NCBI GenBank assembly: GCA_001179505.1
Contig: CDMY01000352.1
Span: 1-64,000 of the forward strand
Direction: 5' to 3'
DNA from: Vitrella brassicaformis CCMP3155
Lineage: Eukaryota > Protista > Chromerida
DNA length: 64,000 nucleotides
Below are positions 12,700 to 25,795 of this stretch, in pieces. Numbering within the stretch: position 1 is the stretch's first letter; each line of letters opens with the position of its first letter. A program made the position numbers and the translations under genes. The notes below the pieces were generated by a model that was not told where the DNA came from, searched no databases, and saw nothing but the letters and a program-made list of their open reading frames with translations.

Positions 12700-12794
12700 G
12701 ATGCGCGGTTCGATGGATTCGCTGCGAGCCGTCTGTAAACACCCGTGAATTCCTGGCCGCACCAGACGGAAGATCTCTAGATCCGCCGTTCGCG

Positions 12795-13268
12795 ATGGCA
12801 TCGGAGCGTCCTTCGCAGCGTGCCGAAGACGCCGCCCGCCTCATTGAGGTGAAGGCCAAGCTGCAGGCCGCACAATGCGCCGACACAGGTACCATCCGAC
12901 CGTGAGCATCCCTGCCGCATAATTCTCCGGTGTCCATCCCGCCGAATGGATGGTTCTCTTCCTCTGACCCTCCCAATGGCATGTGTGGTGCAGGCGAGTC
13001 GCCGGTAGATGACGACCGTGAGGATACTGAGTTGCTGCACATCAAGCGGCAGAACCAGCTCAAGAAACGCCTCCGTGAGCAGTCGGGTTGGAAGCCAGAG
13101 CGGGGCATCGACTGGAGCCGTGTGGAGGCCGAATCCATCTCGACCATGACGACGGCCCCCCACAGCACCACCACATCCGTCCAGGGCACGGCGGGCGGCA
13201 TCGGAGGCAAGAAAGAAGGCAAGGAGGGCGGGGAGGCGGCGAAGCAGGCCGACACCGCCAAGAAATGA
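12795..13268 (+). CDS. Small two-exon hypothetical protein (~120 aa)
   Basis: MASERPSQRAEDAARLIEVKAKLQAAQCADT|GESPVDDDREDTELLHIKRQNQLKKRLREQSGWKPERGIDW...; GT-AG intron at ~12889-12992; GC3-rich codons. Confidence 0.6.
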
Positions 13269-13992
13269 ATGATCGAGGAATCACACACACCACAAGGGCA
13301 TAGGTGCGGGAGTCAGGGAGGGGTCGGAGGTGGCAGGTAGCGAGCAGGAGAGCAGGGGAGAGGAGTACGCTTGTGTGTGCATGTGGTGGGTTGTGGTGTT
13401 TTATCAACAGGGGACGGACGGACGGGATGGGAGGATGGGAGTCATATCTGCAGTGGCGTGCGGCTGCCTTCCGTGTTGTGTGAAACGTGTTGTAGGTGTG
13501 CAATGCAAAGGGGTGGGTGCAGACACATTCTCGGACGTTGACGCAAAGGGGTGACGAGCGATAGCGCATGGTTCACTCAACAAATGCCATCCATCCATGC
13601 AACACACAGGGAACGTACACGCACGGCATGTCAGACAGGCAAGCACGCAAAGTCAAATCAACCAACCAACCCTTCATTGTCCTTCCTGCCTGCCTGCCTG
13701 CCTGCCTGCCTGTCGGTGTGTGTGCCGTGTGCCAGCCAGCCGGGGTGTGGTATCTGTCTGGACATAGCTATGTGGATGGTGACAACATGTGCAGTGCAGC
13801 CAGCCATGTGTCGATTGATTGATGTGTGGCCAGCGGCAGAGAAACAGATCGATCGACTGGCTGGTGACCATCCATATGTGATCCCATCAGAAGTTGATTC
13901 ATTACTTGACCGACAAGCACACGTGAGACTCAATGTGGGCGTGAATCCGGCACGAGCAAATTTACCCCCGTACGGGCCAAGTTGTGGGACCC

Positions 13993-14850
13993 ATGCTTCG
14001 GCTGCTTTCGTTCGCCGCCCTTCTTTGTCTCTCACGGGCCTTCTTCCCCTCCGTCCAAGACGAATGGCCGGAGCAGAAGCCGACGGAGGAGCCCGAGCCC
14101 CCGACAACTGACGATGGGACAGACAAGGACCGTGACGTGATCGATTCCGTCAAGGACATTGTCATGGACACAGTCGAGGACATCACGACTGCCAAGGACA
14201 TCGTCAGGGACACCGTCAAGGACATCATAGACCTACTTCTGGGCAGTGGTCGCTTGAGCGCGGACTCTCAGAGTGTGAAGGACCTTTTCAGGTACATGTA
14301 TCTTCTGGACGGCCTCGCTCCATCAGTCAATCAAGACAGTGCGCCAGGCCAAGGTACACGCAAGAGGGGGTCGACTCATGTGAAGATTTCTTATTGTCCG
14401 TGCGTGTGTGTGTTTCCGTTTCATGCTTCTGCTTCGACATGACAGTGTGCGCAGGTCTGTGCAGCAGTTGAAGAGCTGGATGCCGCGCCATACTTGTCCA
14501 TTTCTGCGTTTTTGTCCCTGGCTTTGTTTGTGCTGTCTGCAGGGGTCACTCCATCTCTCGCGGGCTTGCGGCTGCTCGACCTCAAGAGGCCGCAGTCCGA
14601 GGGTAGCGCGAAGACGATCAAGGACGGCACGACTGACCTGGTGATTCCGGCTGAGATGGGTCTGGACTTCACCTTCACGGCCGTTCCCGTCTCGATATGC
14701 GTCACGGCCGTCCAGTTCCTCCTATTCGACGTACGCTGCGTCCATCCACCCCACTCACAGACACACACACATGGCCTCTGTGTGTGTTGCTTCGTTCAGG
14801 CCAAGGGCAATTTCATCGACTGGGACACGTACGACAACACGCACACGCAC

Positions 14851-14881
<31 letters not shown>

Positions 14882-15228
14882 TATGCGCCTTCGTGCCTTT
14901 ACTGCTCAGCCTTCGAGACCCTCCGTATCTCGAGAGCGCCAGCCGGGGCACCAGGGGAGGACCATTCACGGCCTTCGGCAACACCGAGCCGAGCGCTGGC
15001 CGGGAGGCGGAGGCTCTGTCAGCTCGTGAGGCCATCGCCGGACCGGGCACATTCACATTGGCTGCCCTACCCTTTAACGGAGACATCGAGGGAGACGACA
15101 TCGAAGTTACATGTACGGAGGCTAACTCAGTGAGGCAAGTCCTGCCGCAATTGTGCGCGTCTTTGCTTGCAGTTTCAGTGCCTCCCTCTCTTTATCTGAA
15201 GCCGAAGTTCCTGGGCAGCGACGAGTGA
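13993..15228 (+). CDS. Secreted hypothetical protein with acidic D-[TS]-V-[KE]-D-I repeats
   Basis: Signal peptide MLRLLSFAALLCLSRA, then VIDSVKDIVMDTVEDITTAKDIVRDTVKDIIDLL. Downstream exons (LRLLDLKRPQSEG...; GPFTAFGN...FTLAALPFNGD) could be the same gene or a second one. Confidence 0.55.
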
Positions 15229-16862
15229 TTGGCGGACACCGCAGCCACTTGTCTTTGCGTTGCACTTGCTGTGTGTGTGTGTTAGCGAGTGAGTGTGTCG
15301 GCGTGGATTTGGTGGCCGTCTCGGGTGTCAGTCGGTGGTGCAGGAGGCAATGACCTCGCGAGAGGTCCACCCGATCGCTGCTCATCGGCACATTCGACAC
15401 AAACCAAGAGAGAGACTTCATGTGTGTGATGACTGAGAGCGCATGCACAAAGGTCGTTACCCCTTTTTCGTTCGTCTCACACTCTCTGTCCTCTTGTCGC
15501 CCGCAGGTAGGTAGGTAAGCGGCTGTCATGCGATGATGCGATGCGTGCTCCCGTGTTGGTTCATGTGGATGAGGTGAGTATCCAGGTAGGTGGTTTGTGT
15601 GTCTGAGCTTGTCGTGTGTCCGTGTTTGTGTGTGTGTGTGGGTGGGTGGGTAGTATGTATGTAATCGTCCGTGCTGTGCCGGGCTAATTGTTGACAAACA
15701 GGTGGACGGATTCTGATTTGGTTTAGTTGTCGATAGGTTGTCGACAGACCACATTCAGCATCATGAGGCAGTTGCCAAGATTCTCTTGGTTGGTGTGGAT
15801 CGTGTACGTTTGCCTTTTTGTGTGCCTTGCGCGTGGAAAGGTCGATATGGTTGATGCAGTGCATTCACGCAGAGGACGTACGTGTCAGTCAGTTATGCGC
15901 ACAGCGTTGCTGTCTTCAGCAAGAGACAGCTGCAGAGAATGAAAGTGTCAAGTGTCCTGACTTGACTGTTGAGACAGTGTCACACCACAGGCCCGCCCTT
16001 TCCTCATCCGCCTCCCGAATGTCAGCAAAGCCACGGACTTACAACACCATACACACACACACACACATCTCACACACATCTCACACACGTCACACACCGA
16101 TGAACACGCGTATCGGGATCTGGCTCATTGTGAGATGCTCTGTGTGTGCGGCGGCACAAGCTGCAAATTGGTCATGGGCAGAAACGGGCAGATGATGGGC
16201 GGGCGAGTGGGCGTGGCCACCATGCGGGCCGGGCCGCCAACCCAAATCGGACAAAAGATGCGAAAGATGCGGAGTGGGCACACACGATATCAGTTGTGCG
16301 ACGGCACAAGACAAGCTGCCGATAGAACAGCGGCTGATGGGATGGGCAGTGGTGGTGTCGCCGGAGGCTGAAAAAATGCTGCCGACGACAAAAACCGGCG
16401 GAGAGAGCAGCAGTGCTTCTGCCGCAGCAGGGAAAAGCTTCGTGTCGCGGCAGCAAGCGGCAGCAGGAGAAAGGTCTCTAAACCAGGAACACAAAAATAT
16501 GTGCTTTTGGCGGATGCGTGTGTGGGTGTGTGCGACGGGCCGCCAACCAAAACCGCGGGACCAGGAAGCAAGTCGAATGAACCGTATGTATCGTGGACCA
16601 AAAATATCATTAATACGCAGTCAGTCAGTCAGTCAGTAGTAAGTCGACATGGATGGATTTGATCCACACGACACGGGCATGGGCATGGCATGGCGTTACG
16701 CTCACGCCTCTCCACGCCTCTCATGCGCCGCATCCATGCATCTGTCGTCTCTCTATCCACAAGTAAGTCCATCAATCCACGTTCCACCATCCTCTAATAT
16801 GCATCCCTCTCACCGCCACCACTCGGGTCCGTCCCAAACGCACGACCGTGCTCCTCGGCGAG

Positions 16863-18900
16863 TCACTCGACCAGCTGTGCGAGTCCGTTGCACTCCTTGA
16901 CGGCCTTGGTGATGGCATGGTCGAGCTTGCGCTGGGTGGGGGGCTCGACGGGGTAGATGCGCTTGGAGTGGTGGGTGCGGCCCCACCGGTCGGTGACGTG
17001 CACCTTGAACACACGGAGACGGCGGGAATAGCGGATGCCAAGACCTGCACTGCACATACAACAATGAAGGCACACGAGAGAGAAGGTGCCGATGGGCATA
17101 TCTCTCTCTGCTTGTCTGCTAGACGGTGTGCAGGACGGACATACCTGAGTGAATGGTGAGCCAGGTCACGTCTGAGTGTCGGCACTCGTCGATGCGGCAG
17201 GCGGCCTCGAGGAAGAGGGCATTGTCGTCGAGGCGTTTGTCGCGGTCGTCGGGCACGAAGAACCTCTCTCTGCAATTCCTCGTCAAGACGCCGCGCGTCG
17301 AAGTCGGGGCTCCATGGGGGGATGGGAAGAGGTGGGATGACGGTGTTGTCGGCAACCAGAGGGTGGGCATGTGTGTGCGGGTGGTCGAGACGATCGTCAC
17401 ACACATCGCCTGAGCCATCCCTGATGGACGGGATACGGCCGATGCGGCCTTCCCCCGCCCATCTGGACGGGATACGGCCGATGCGGCCTTCCCCCGCCCA
17501 TCGTGGGCTGGCTCGGACGACTGACATGGCCCACCTGCCAAGGCACACACACGAGACACACACGTGAGCCATTGCCTGGTGCCTCCAGTGCTCCCTCACG
17601 TACCTTCTGAAGGTTGCCCCGTATCAACCCGTCGCGGCCCCAGTGGCTTGATGAGCATGGCCGCCTCGTGGAGCACCGCAGATTGGCAGCCGTCTCCTTC
17701 AGTGGCCTGTTGCTGCCGGCCTTGGGAGAAGAACCGGTGAGTGGTCGGCCTTCTCACAGTACGACCACCTGCAGCACCCACACAACAGACACCATGAGAC
17801 GAGAGCCAGCATTCACCCATGTGTGTGTCGGCTGTGCAGTGCATATCCCAGCAAGACTGTCTCTGCTGCCCACCTGAGCTGCTCTCCCTCCTTGATGGTT
17901 TTGACGGGCGTGATGGCATGGCACAGCAGTAGTCCCCTGCACGCTATTCGCCACCTCGTCCGGCAAATACAGGTGTCTGGGCACCCACACCCTCACGCAG
18001 TTGGCCCTGGGCACCCACTCGGGCGCACTGGCGTCGATGGTGCCGTGGTTGATTGACACTGCAGGCAGCCAGATGCGAGCAGATCCTGTCGCCGAACAGC
18101 ACCGGGTTGGCCCCCGCCCTCGCCCCGGCGGCTTTGTCCTGCTCCTCCTGGCCGAATGTGGGCTTGTGTGACGGCTTGCTGGAGCCGTCGCGGTGTCCGG
18201 GCCCGTTCCACACGAGGCTGAGGTGTCCCAGCCAGTCGAGGTTGGCGATCTCGGCGCTGCATGGGATGGACATCCTGAAGCACTTGTCCCGCTCGGCCTT
18301 GAGGTCCGACTCGAGCTGGATCTTGCCCCCATAGGGCAGCAGGAGGCCCTGGAGCATCCTGCCGCGGATGTCCTCGGTGTAGTGGGCCGAGCTGCAGTTG
18401 GGGACGGGCCAGCCCAGGAGGTCCCGCCGCGCGACGGTCTTCTTCTCGTTGCCTTGGACGGTGTGAGGGGGTGTGAGGGGGGTAGGGCCGGGTGCCCGGC
18501 TCCAGCTGCCAGATGTGGCCGTGCCGTGCATGCGCTGGTAGGTCCAGTTGAAGATCTGCTCGTCGGCCTCGAGACGCACGGCGCGGTAGGACGGCACCAG
18601 GCAGCGGTCCAGCAGGAAGGAGAGGGACAGGTAGGCCTCGGCCTGGGTGCGCAGCAAAATGGTCGACTTGAACAGGTAGGTCATGGTCCTCATCCAAACC
18701 TATGTATGCAAGAGCCACACACCGAAGGGAAAGAAGGTGCATGTGATGTGTGAGCTGAGGTCTCTCTCCCTGTGTGTGTGTGTGTGTGTGGTTGCTTTGC
18801 TTACCGACCGACGGGTATCATTTCATCGTCGACCTCTACGTTGACCTGGTTCTCCCCTCCCGCCTCTTAACCTCAGCTGGAACCGGTGCGTGTGGCGCCG
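16863..18900 (-). pseudogene. Frameshifted multi-exon gene of unknown family, copy B
   Basis: Paralog of 4944-6899, with 4-, 4-, 5- and 10-nt tandem duplications and a further frameshift near 18080. Confidence 0.6.
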
Positions 18901-19782
18901 AAATGGAATTAGTCAAGTATGCAGCTAGCTAAGCAGGCCGGGCACCGCTGTCCTCTTACCCACACACGCGGCCCCGGCACTAAAACTTATCTGCCGCCAC
19001 ACACGCTGCCCTCCCGCCCCACCCCACCCCGAGACACACACACCCCACCCCACCCCACCCCACCCCACAAGCACAACACGACACGGTGCGAACAACAAGC
19101 ATGACATAATCATGACACAGATCGGAGAATTCACGGCAATAAATCACAGTAAACGCACCCATTCCTGCAGCCATACCGCTATGTATCGTGGGACAAATAC
19201 ACGCAATGCAACGGTAGGTAATACAGCCAGACTAAGGGCAAATCGCACGACAAACACACGCGCATAAATGAATGACATCGGCAAAGAAAGAGGCACAACC
19301 ACACACACACACACACAAAGAAAGAAAGAAAGAAACGCACGCACAACAATGAGGGTCCGTGCGACAGCTATCTATGTGGACGCACGCTCCTCTGGTCAGA
19401 CTGGACACCATCAAATTGTGGGTGCGGTGTGTGTGTTTACTCTACAGAGAGAGGTGTGGGAGTGCTGTGTGAGCTCTCCTCTCTTTCTCCTTCGCCCGCT
19501 CTATCTCTCCAACGGGTCTGTATGGCTGTCTGTCTCCCTATCCGGTAAGTATCAGCCCACGAAGGCAGTGAGGGAGCAAGGCAGGCAGTATCTATTGTCC
19601 GTCTATCTGTGTGTGCGGGGGGAGGCAGGCAGGTACATACAGTACAGCCAGACAGACAACCAGTAGTAAGGCAGCCACTCACATACGTGTGTATGTGTAT
19701 CTATCCCGCCACCCATCCATCCATCCATCCATATCATGTCTGTCACCTTCCCATCACCCTCCCCCCCGGCACACACAGCCAC

Positions 19783-21423
19783 TCACTGGGTCGTCCGCAC
19801 ACTCCTGACCGTCTTGGGCTTCCACTTGCTGATGGTGGCGTTGGCCGCACTCACATACGCCAATGCCGCGGTGCACCGCCGCACCGTCTTGACCATGTTG
19901 TACCCCTCACACACCAACGAGTGGCCGTCGCCACGGACGAACGAAGTGGACGCCACAGCGGCGCAATCCTGGGGCTCGTCGGCAGAGGCCTCGTTCTGGC
20001 TGGGTGTGATGGGCTGCTCGTCCTCCTTGGACTCGCGCGGGGCGGAGATCAGCGAGGGAGCAGCGGCACACGGCTCTGCAGCGGCACCAGAGGCGTCACA
20101 AAGCTCGACGTCGACGACCTGCAGACAGAAACCAGCGAGAGAGACACAGGCAGTGCAATCCACTCACTTTGCTGAGTGAAGTGTGAACACAAGGCAACCG
20201 CACCCACCCATCATCAATCCATCCCGGTGTTGTGTTATCATGTGTGTGGGTCGGCCTCGCTCATTCCCTCACCTGTGCAGAGCCGTCGTGATCCTCGTCA
20301 GCGATGCCCTCCACCTCACCCACCATGGCCACACCATCGTCAACGGCATCATTGCTGTCGACCGCCATTGGCGTCGACTCACACACACCGTTGTTGTGCT
20401 GGGAGGGGGCGGGGAGGGGGGAGGGAGCACCAACAGACACGTGGAGCGCCGCGGCATCCGGCTGGTCGGCATGAGCGGCCACGATGGCACACGAACGGCC
20501 CTCGTCAACACAACGGTACATCTGAAGACATACAGACAGACACACCCAAAGAACAACACAACACACACGTGCACCCACCACATGCTAATCTCGTGTGCGG
20601 GTCGGCCTCACTCGTTCCCTTACCTGTGCAGCGCCGTCGTCAACCTCGTCAACAATACCCACTACGACATCGACATCTATGGTCCCCAACCCATTGCCAC
20701 CATCCCCACCACATCCACCCTCGCCAGCAGCCCTGCTACCCTCCCGCACCACCCCTTTGCGGCTCGTGTCGTACTGTGTCGTCAGGCGGGGGGCGGGGGA
20801 CGGGGACGGGGACACACGCACTGCCGACGACTGACGGTGCGAGGCTGACTTGTCCGCACCCCCCGCTGCACGCCCCTTGTCGCCCACACGTGTGCCCTTC
20901 GTCACGTTGGCGCGGGTGGGCGGCTTGGCCGGCGGGGCCTTGCGGGCGACTGGACACAGTCGAGCTCCGCCGCCGCCGAGTTTGGGGTTCTTCTGCAACA
21001 TCTCCCGATATCTCCTTCGATCCTCCTCCTTTGCCCTCTCGTGTGCCCTCGCCTTGGCCGCCGCCCTCTCCCTCTGACGCACAGCCGCTGCCGTTACATG
21101 GGGATTGACGTCAGGTCGACCACTGGGCGGCTTGCTGGCGATGCATGCACCGCTGCCAAGTCCTGCAGGCCGCTGAGGACGGCACTGGTGGCCACTGCCG
21201 TGATGCTGCGCCTTGCTGCTGTTGCCGGGGGGTCCTGTGCGTGGGAAATACGCTGTAACAGTCCATAGTCCGCCGCGAGACCGTTCTTCTTCACCGCCGG
21301 TGGCGGGCATAGTGGCGGATACGACGCGAAACGACGAGAGAACTTATCAAACGCTGGCAACTGTTCTATTGCTGCCTGCTGTTGCCTCGGCACTACTTTT
21401 TCTCCTCGTTTTCTCTCCAACAC
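19783..21423 (-). pseudogene. Low-complexity hypothetical gene, copy B (probably degenerate)
   Basis: Paralog of 7783-9421; frame changes near the 5' end differ from copy A. Confidence 0.45.
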
Positions 21424-21499
21424 AGGTGCGAGCTATGAAGCTCGCACGGGATCGCGGCCGAGGAGCCACACACCTTGAGCAGCGGGAGCAGCTGTCCAT

Positions 21500-22500
21500 C
21501 GCTGGTGCAGGTGGGCGAGAGAAACGCCGTTTGCAATGGATGGATGGGTGGTGCTTTGTGCTGCGTGTGTCCCGGCCTCAAGTGCAATGTGCACGGTGTC
21601 AAGGACGTGGCCGCCGAGACCTTCATACACGCAGACGCCAAACAGCTAAAGCGGTCTGCGGCTCGGTCCCTCCGAAGATCTCGCCCCCTCCAGTCACATT
21701 TCCCTGCACAGGCCTCAGCCATCACCGAGAAAGCAGCACGCCACGACGCATCATCCATTGTGTCCATCGCCCTCTGCCTCTGATGGTGAATGCGAATCTG
21801 CCGCGGGGCTCCACGCGAGATGGTTCGGCAGTCCGCCGCCAACACTGCCCTCTGCACCGACCTACAGGGGAGCGGAGTGGGTTCGCTACGTCCTGTGGCC
21901 GTCCACGCAGTCGCTCCCACTCGGGCAGAAGGGTGTGCTGTTTGCGAGTGTCGTGCGAGGAGGGAGGGTCGTGGTGGCATTAACCGCGCGCCGTGAGGAT
22001 GTGTTTTGACAGGTTTGGTGGCCGGTCAAGTGTGCTCGAGAGGGAGAAGCGGGCGAGGGAGGCGTTGCGGGTGACCACTGGCAGGGAGGTCAACAATGCC
22101 CCCGGCTGCGCCCGTGGTGGAGCTGAGGAAAGGCGTCAACAATGCCGATCCGACGTCGCTGGCAATTGGTAAGACGATCAGGCGATGGACGACGAGCGAA
22201 GAAGGTACATGTTCTTTTTTGGCATCTGACTGCTGCAGAGCGTGTTTCCGAACCATCCGTTTCCATCCCCCCTCGCCAAGTCCCTCCCCGTCTCTCCCTC
22301 CCCCTCTTCGGCTCTTCCGGCCGCCCCCAAGCCCCGCAAATGGCTGAGCGGCTTCTTCAGGCGGTCCAGAGAGGGCCGGCGGGCATGATGCGCCCGTCAT
22401 GATGCGCGACGCGAGCCGGCCATGAATGCGGTGGCCGGCGGGGATAGTGACGACACCGAGCTCGACAAGACGATTGGCGGGCGGTGGATGGAGAGGTGGC
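21500..22500 (+). other. Possible exon fragments of an unidentified gene
   Basis: Short coding-like stretches (HGVKDVAAETFIHADAKQLKRSA; GVNNADPTSLAIGKTIRRWTTSEE|GT; DSDDTELDKTIGGRWME). No coherent gene model could be built. Confidence 0.25.
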
Positions 22501-22821
22501 GCGTGACGCACGAGAACCGACACACTAGGGCATACTTCGAGAGAATAGCCAGCAAGGGAAGGCAGGGGGGGAGTGACCCATGGATGGATGGATAGAAAGG
22601 AGTGAGTGAATGGGCAGAGGACAGGGCACACCCCTGTAGGTGGATTTTTGGTACGTGATTTTTGTGGGTGTCTTCTGCTCGGCATGGCGTGGATGAGAGA
22701 CCGCTGAACGAATACATTTGCGATTGAATGCACACGTCCGACCGATCGACACACACACACACACACATATTGATTACATATGCAGACAGACCCACCTACC
22801 TACCAGCCTAAAGACAGCAAG

Positions 22822-25374
22822 TCATCCCTCCCCCTGCCCCTCAGCTGCCATTTCCCTTCTTTGCCTTTCGCCCTCTATCTCTTGCCTGAGCCTGTCCTGC
22901 TCCTCGTCACCTGCACCAGCTGTCCTGTTGCCCCCCGTTGCCCCTGTTGGTGGCGGCAGCGGGTGGCCGTGGATGGCTGCCTTCATGATGCCCTCCAGCT
23001 CTTGTGTGGATCTCAGCCGCCGATTCTCCTCCTCTGTCAGCTCAGCCGTCAGCCGGTCAGACTCGGTACGCAGACGAGACACCTCTGCACACACACACAC
23101 ATGATGATGCCTTCCTTGTTGTGTGTGTGTGTGTCTCGGTGTCTCTGTGCGGCTTGTCTTGTCCGCACCTGCACTGATGTCTATTCTGCAGGGTGGCATA
23201 TGTTCGCCCTTTTTGCACACTTTGGCTTCAGCGGCGACCGAGTCGGCGCAGCACTGGCTCTTGCCGCCCGCATACGCCTCACAGCCGGGTCCCCCGCACC
23301 TGTCGCACTCGGAGGCGGGACAGCACGCTGACGCAAGCTGCACCGTCGAGTTGTCGATGGACACCTTGCCGCCGAGCGAGCTGCAGATAAAGTCGCGGGC
23401 CCTCGCTGTGTCGTTGGCGAGGAGGGCCGTCTCGGCATCGAGGACGGCTTTCTTCTGCTGCAGCAGGTCGGCTATCTTGCTGTCATACTCATGAACCGCC
23501 GTCAGCAAGTCTGAAGAGAGCACAGACGCGGGCATCCAGATTGACCGACGAAGATTGAGGATGCGTGTGTGTTCTGTTCTATGATGTGTGTGTGTGTCCA
23601 GTCACTCTGCTGTCTGGAGATGGCTTCGGGTGGGAGTGGATGTGGGGCGCCCGGCTTGTGGCCGGGGGGAACTAGGCCCTCCTCCCTCGTCTCTCGCTCG
23701 ATCCTGCCTTCACCTGCACACATACACCACCCCAGAGAGAGAGACAGAGAGAGAGAGAGAGACAGACAGAGAAAGAGACTTCATCACACTGTAGTGAGTG
23801 ATGGATAGGGTGCATACTAGAGAAGACGCCACCCTCGACGAGTTCATCGTGTGGCGCCCCCGCAGGCCTCTCCTCTTCGCCGGGCAGAGCTGCACAGACA
23901 CCAAGACCCGACGGACAACTGTACCGGTCGGGTCGGTGTATGCGTGCACCAATTCAATCTCACGTACGTTCTGCCTGCGGTGGCCCTGCGGGCCCTTCTT
24001 CTTTCCCTGCCTCCTCTTTCAGCTTCTCCCTGTGATGCAGCTCGTGGTGTTTGCGGAGCTTCTCCCTGAGTGCCAGCTCTCTCGCAGTGAGGTCTGCCTC
24101 CCAGTGCTCCAGCTCATCCTCCCACTTGTCCAGTTCGAACCCCTTGGCCTTCAGCTGCTCGGGCGTCAGCGAAGACAGGTCGGGGGGCAGCGGGTTGCCG
24201 GAGATGTTGTGGGGCTGGGACGAGGCAGCGGAGGTCTCCAGAAAGGAACCTGGTGGCAGTGGGGTGGCGGCAGGGAGGGTGATGGTTGAGGGTATGTGTT
24301 TCGCTTACCTTCTTGGTCGCAGCTGGTGCATTCGTCGCCATAGATTCCGACTCTCATGCAGGCCCGGCCGTGCCATGCCTTGGCGTAGATGCGGACCGCC
24401 CCAGCGTGAAAGGGGATCCCTATCTGGTGACTCACCTGCACACACACATGAACACACACGAGTGCAGGTGGTGTCTCGTGTGTCATTTTCTGTCTGTCAG
24501 CCCACTTAACTTACTTGGTCGACGTTGTTGGTGTTCGCATCAAGCACTGTCTGGATGGATCCTATGTTGAGGGCGTCGTTGTACGTCATCCAGTTCTGGA
24601 ATGCCGGCCGGGAGTCGTAGGCATGCTTTATCGTTATGTTGGTCACCCACGACTGCTCACACGCATTGGCTGCAGCCAAGCCACCACAACACAGCACCCA
24701 CACAAGACAAGACAGACCCCTGCTTCAGCGATAGAGACACACATCCATGCTGTCTGCGGCACCTTGTGTGACGACGCGCTTGATGGTCTTGACTCCAGAG
24801 AAGGTGACTTGAATGAAAGGCTCCTTGTCAGTGTTGGCGGCGCACCAGGCGCGGCCCTTGTAGCCGAGCCGTGCGCGCGTGATGAAGTGTTTGGCGTCGA
24901 GTGGGTCCAGCTCCTCTGCGCGTCGACACGATTCGACTTCGATGGGTTGTGAGTAGTAGGATGCATTGACGGACGAGGCCTTGATGTCGCGGTCCATGAC
25001 GATGCGATTGATGCCCGTCATCTCCACCGCACCAAAGAGGTCCTCGCTCACTGCATCATACCAGAGGATAAGCACAAAGGCGTTGCTCTATTTCTCTCTG
25101 TGTTACGGCACGCCCACCGTCTGGCTGCATGAGTGCTATTCTTCTCTGCGATGATGCAATCACGCGTGTTCTGTCGATGCGGCCGCCGGCACCCACCGAA
25201 ACCCTCTGCAAACGGACAAAACTCTCCCCACAAAGCCATGGCAGAAACATGCCCGAGGAAATGTGTGCCCACGTGTGAGTGCAGGTGTAGTGCATTGACG
25301 AGAGCAGCAGAAGCCAGCACAAACAGCACCACATGGGCCGCTCTGTTGATGACATCTAACCATCGCAGCCTCAT
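22822..25374 (-). CDS. Secreted F5/8 type C (discoidin) domain protein with coiled-coil and Cys-rich modules
   Basis: Signal peptide (MRLRWLDVINRAAHVVLFVLASAALVNA); ARLGYKGRAWCAANTDKEPFIQVTFSGVKTIKRVVTQG, SWVT and AVRIYAKAWHGRACMRVGIYG match the FA58C pattern; later coiled-coil exons and CCPASECDRCGGPGC...CC...C...PPC. Confidence 0.78.
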
Positions 25375-25711
25375 CGCGGGGAGAGAAGGGATGCCGTAGT
25401 GGGGGCCAAATCGGTCTTGGGGGCACCCAGCCGCGACGCAGTATCTGTCCGACTGACGTGTACTGACGTGCTGTGGTCACACCGCCATCTGTCTTCCGTT
25501 TCTTCCCACCCAGACCACCATCTCCTCCCTCCCCCACCTGTTCTGTCGGGGCGAAACATGAGGTGGGAACAGGAGGTCGAAGATCTGCCGCTCGCTCTCG
25601 TCGCTGCTGAGTGAGGAGAGACCTGCCCGATAGCTGTGTGGATTGTGTCTGTTGGGCAGTGGAAGGAAACAAGGCTGGCCTCTGCGGGACGACTTAAGTG
25701 CTTCTGGAGGG

Positions 25712-25795
25712 TTTTGTCTCACTGCAAGGCTGGCCCTGTGAGTGCAAGGCTGGCCTTTTAGCTGGAGGGCTGGCCCTGTGGCTGCAGGGCCAGCT
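25712..25795. repeat. Imperfect ~20-bp tandem repeat with core GC(A/T)(A/G)GGCTGGCC
   Basis: About 4 units here and about 6 units in the paralogous spacer at ~30635-30750. Confidence 0.7.

Larger units (their letters stand above)
15818..21481. repeat. Segmental duplication, copy B
   Basis: Same colinear sequence as 3990-9455, with scattered substitutions and small tandem micro-duplications. Confidence 0.95.
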
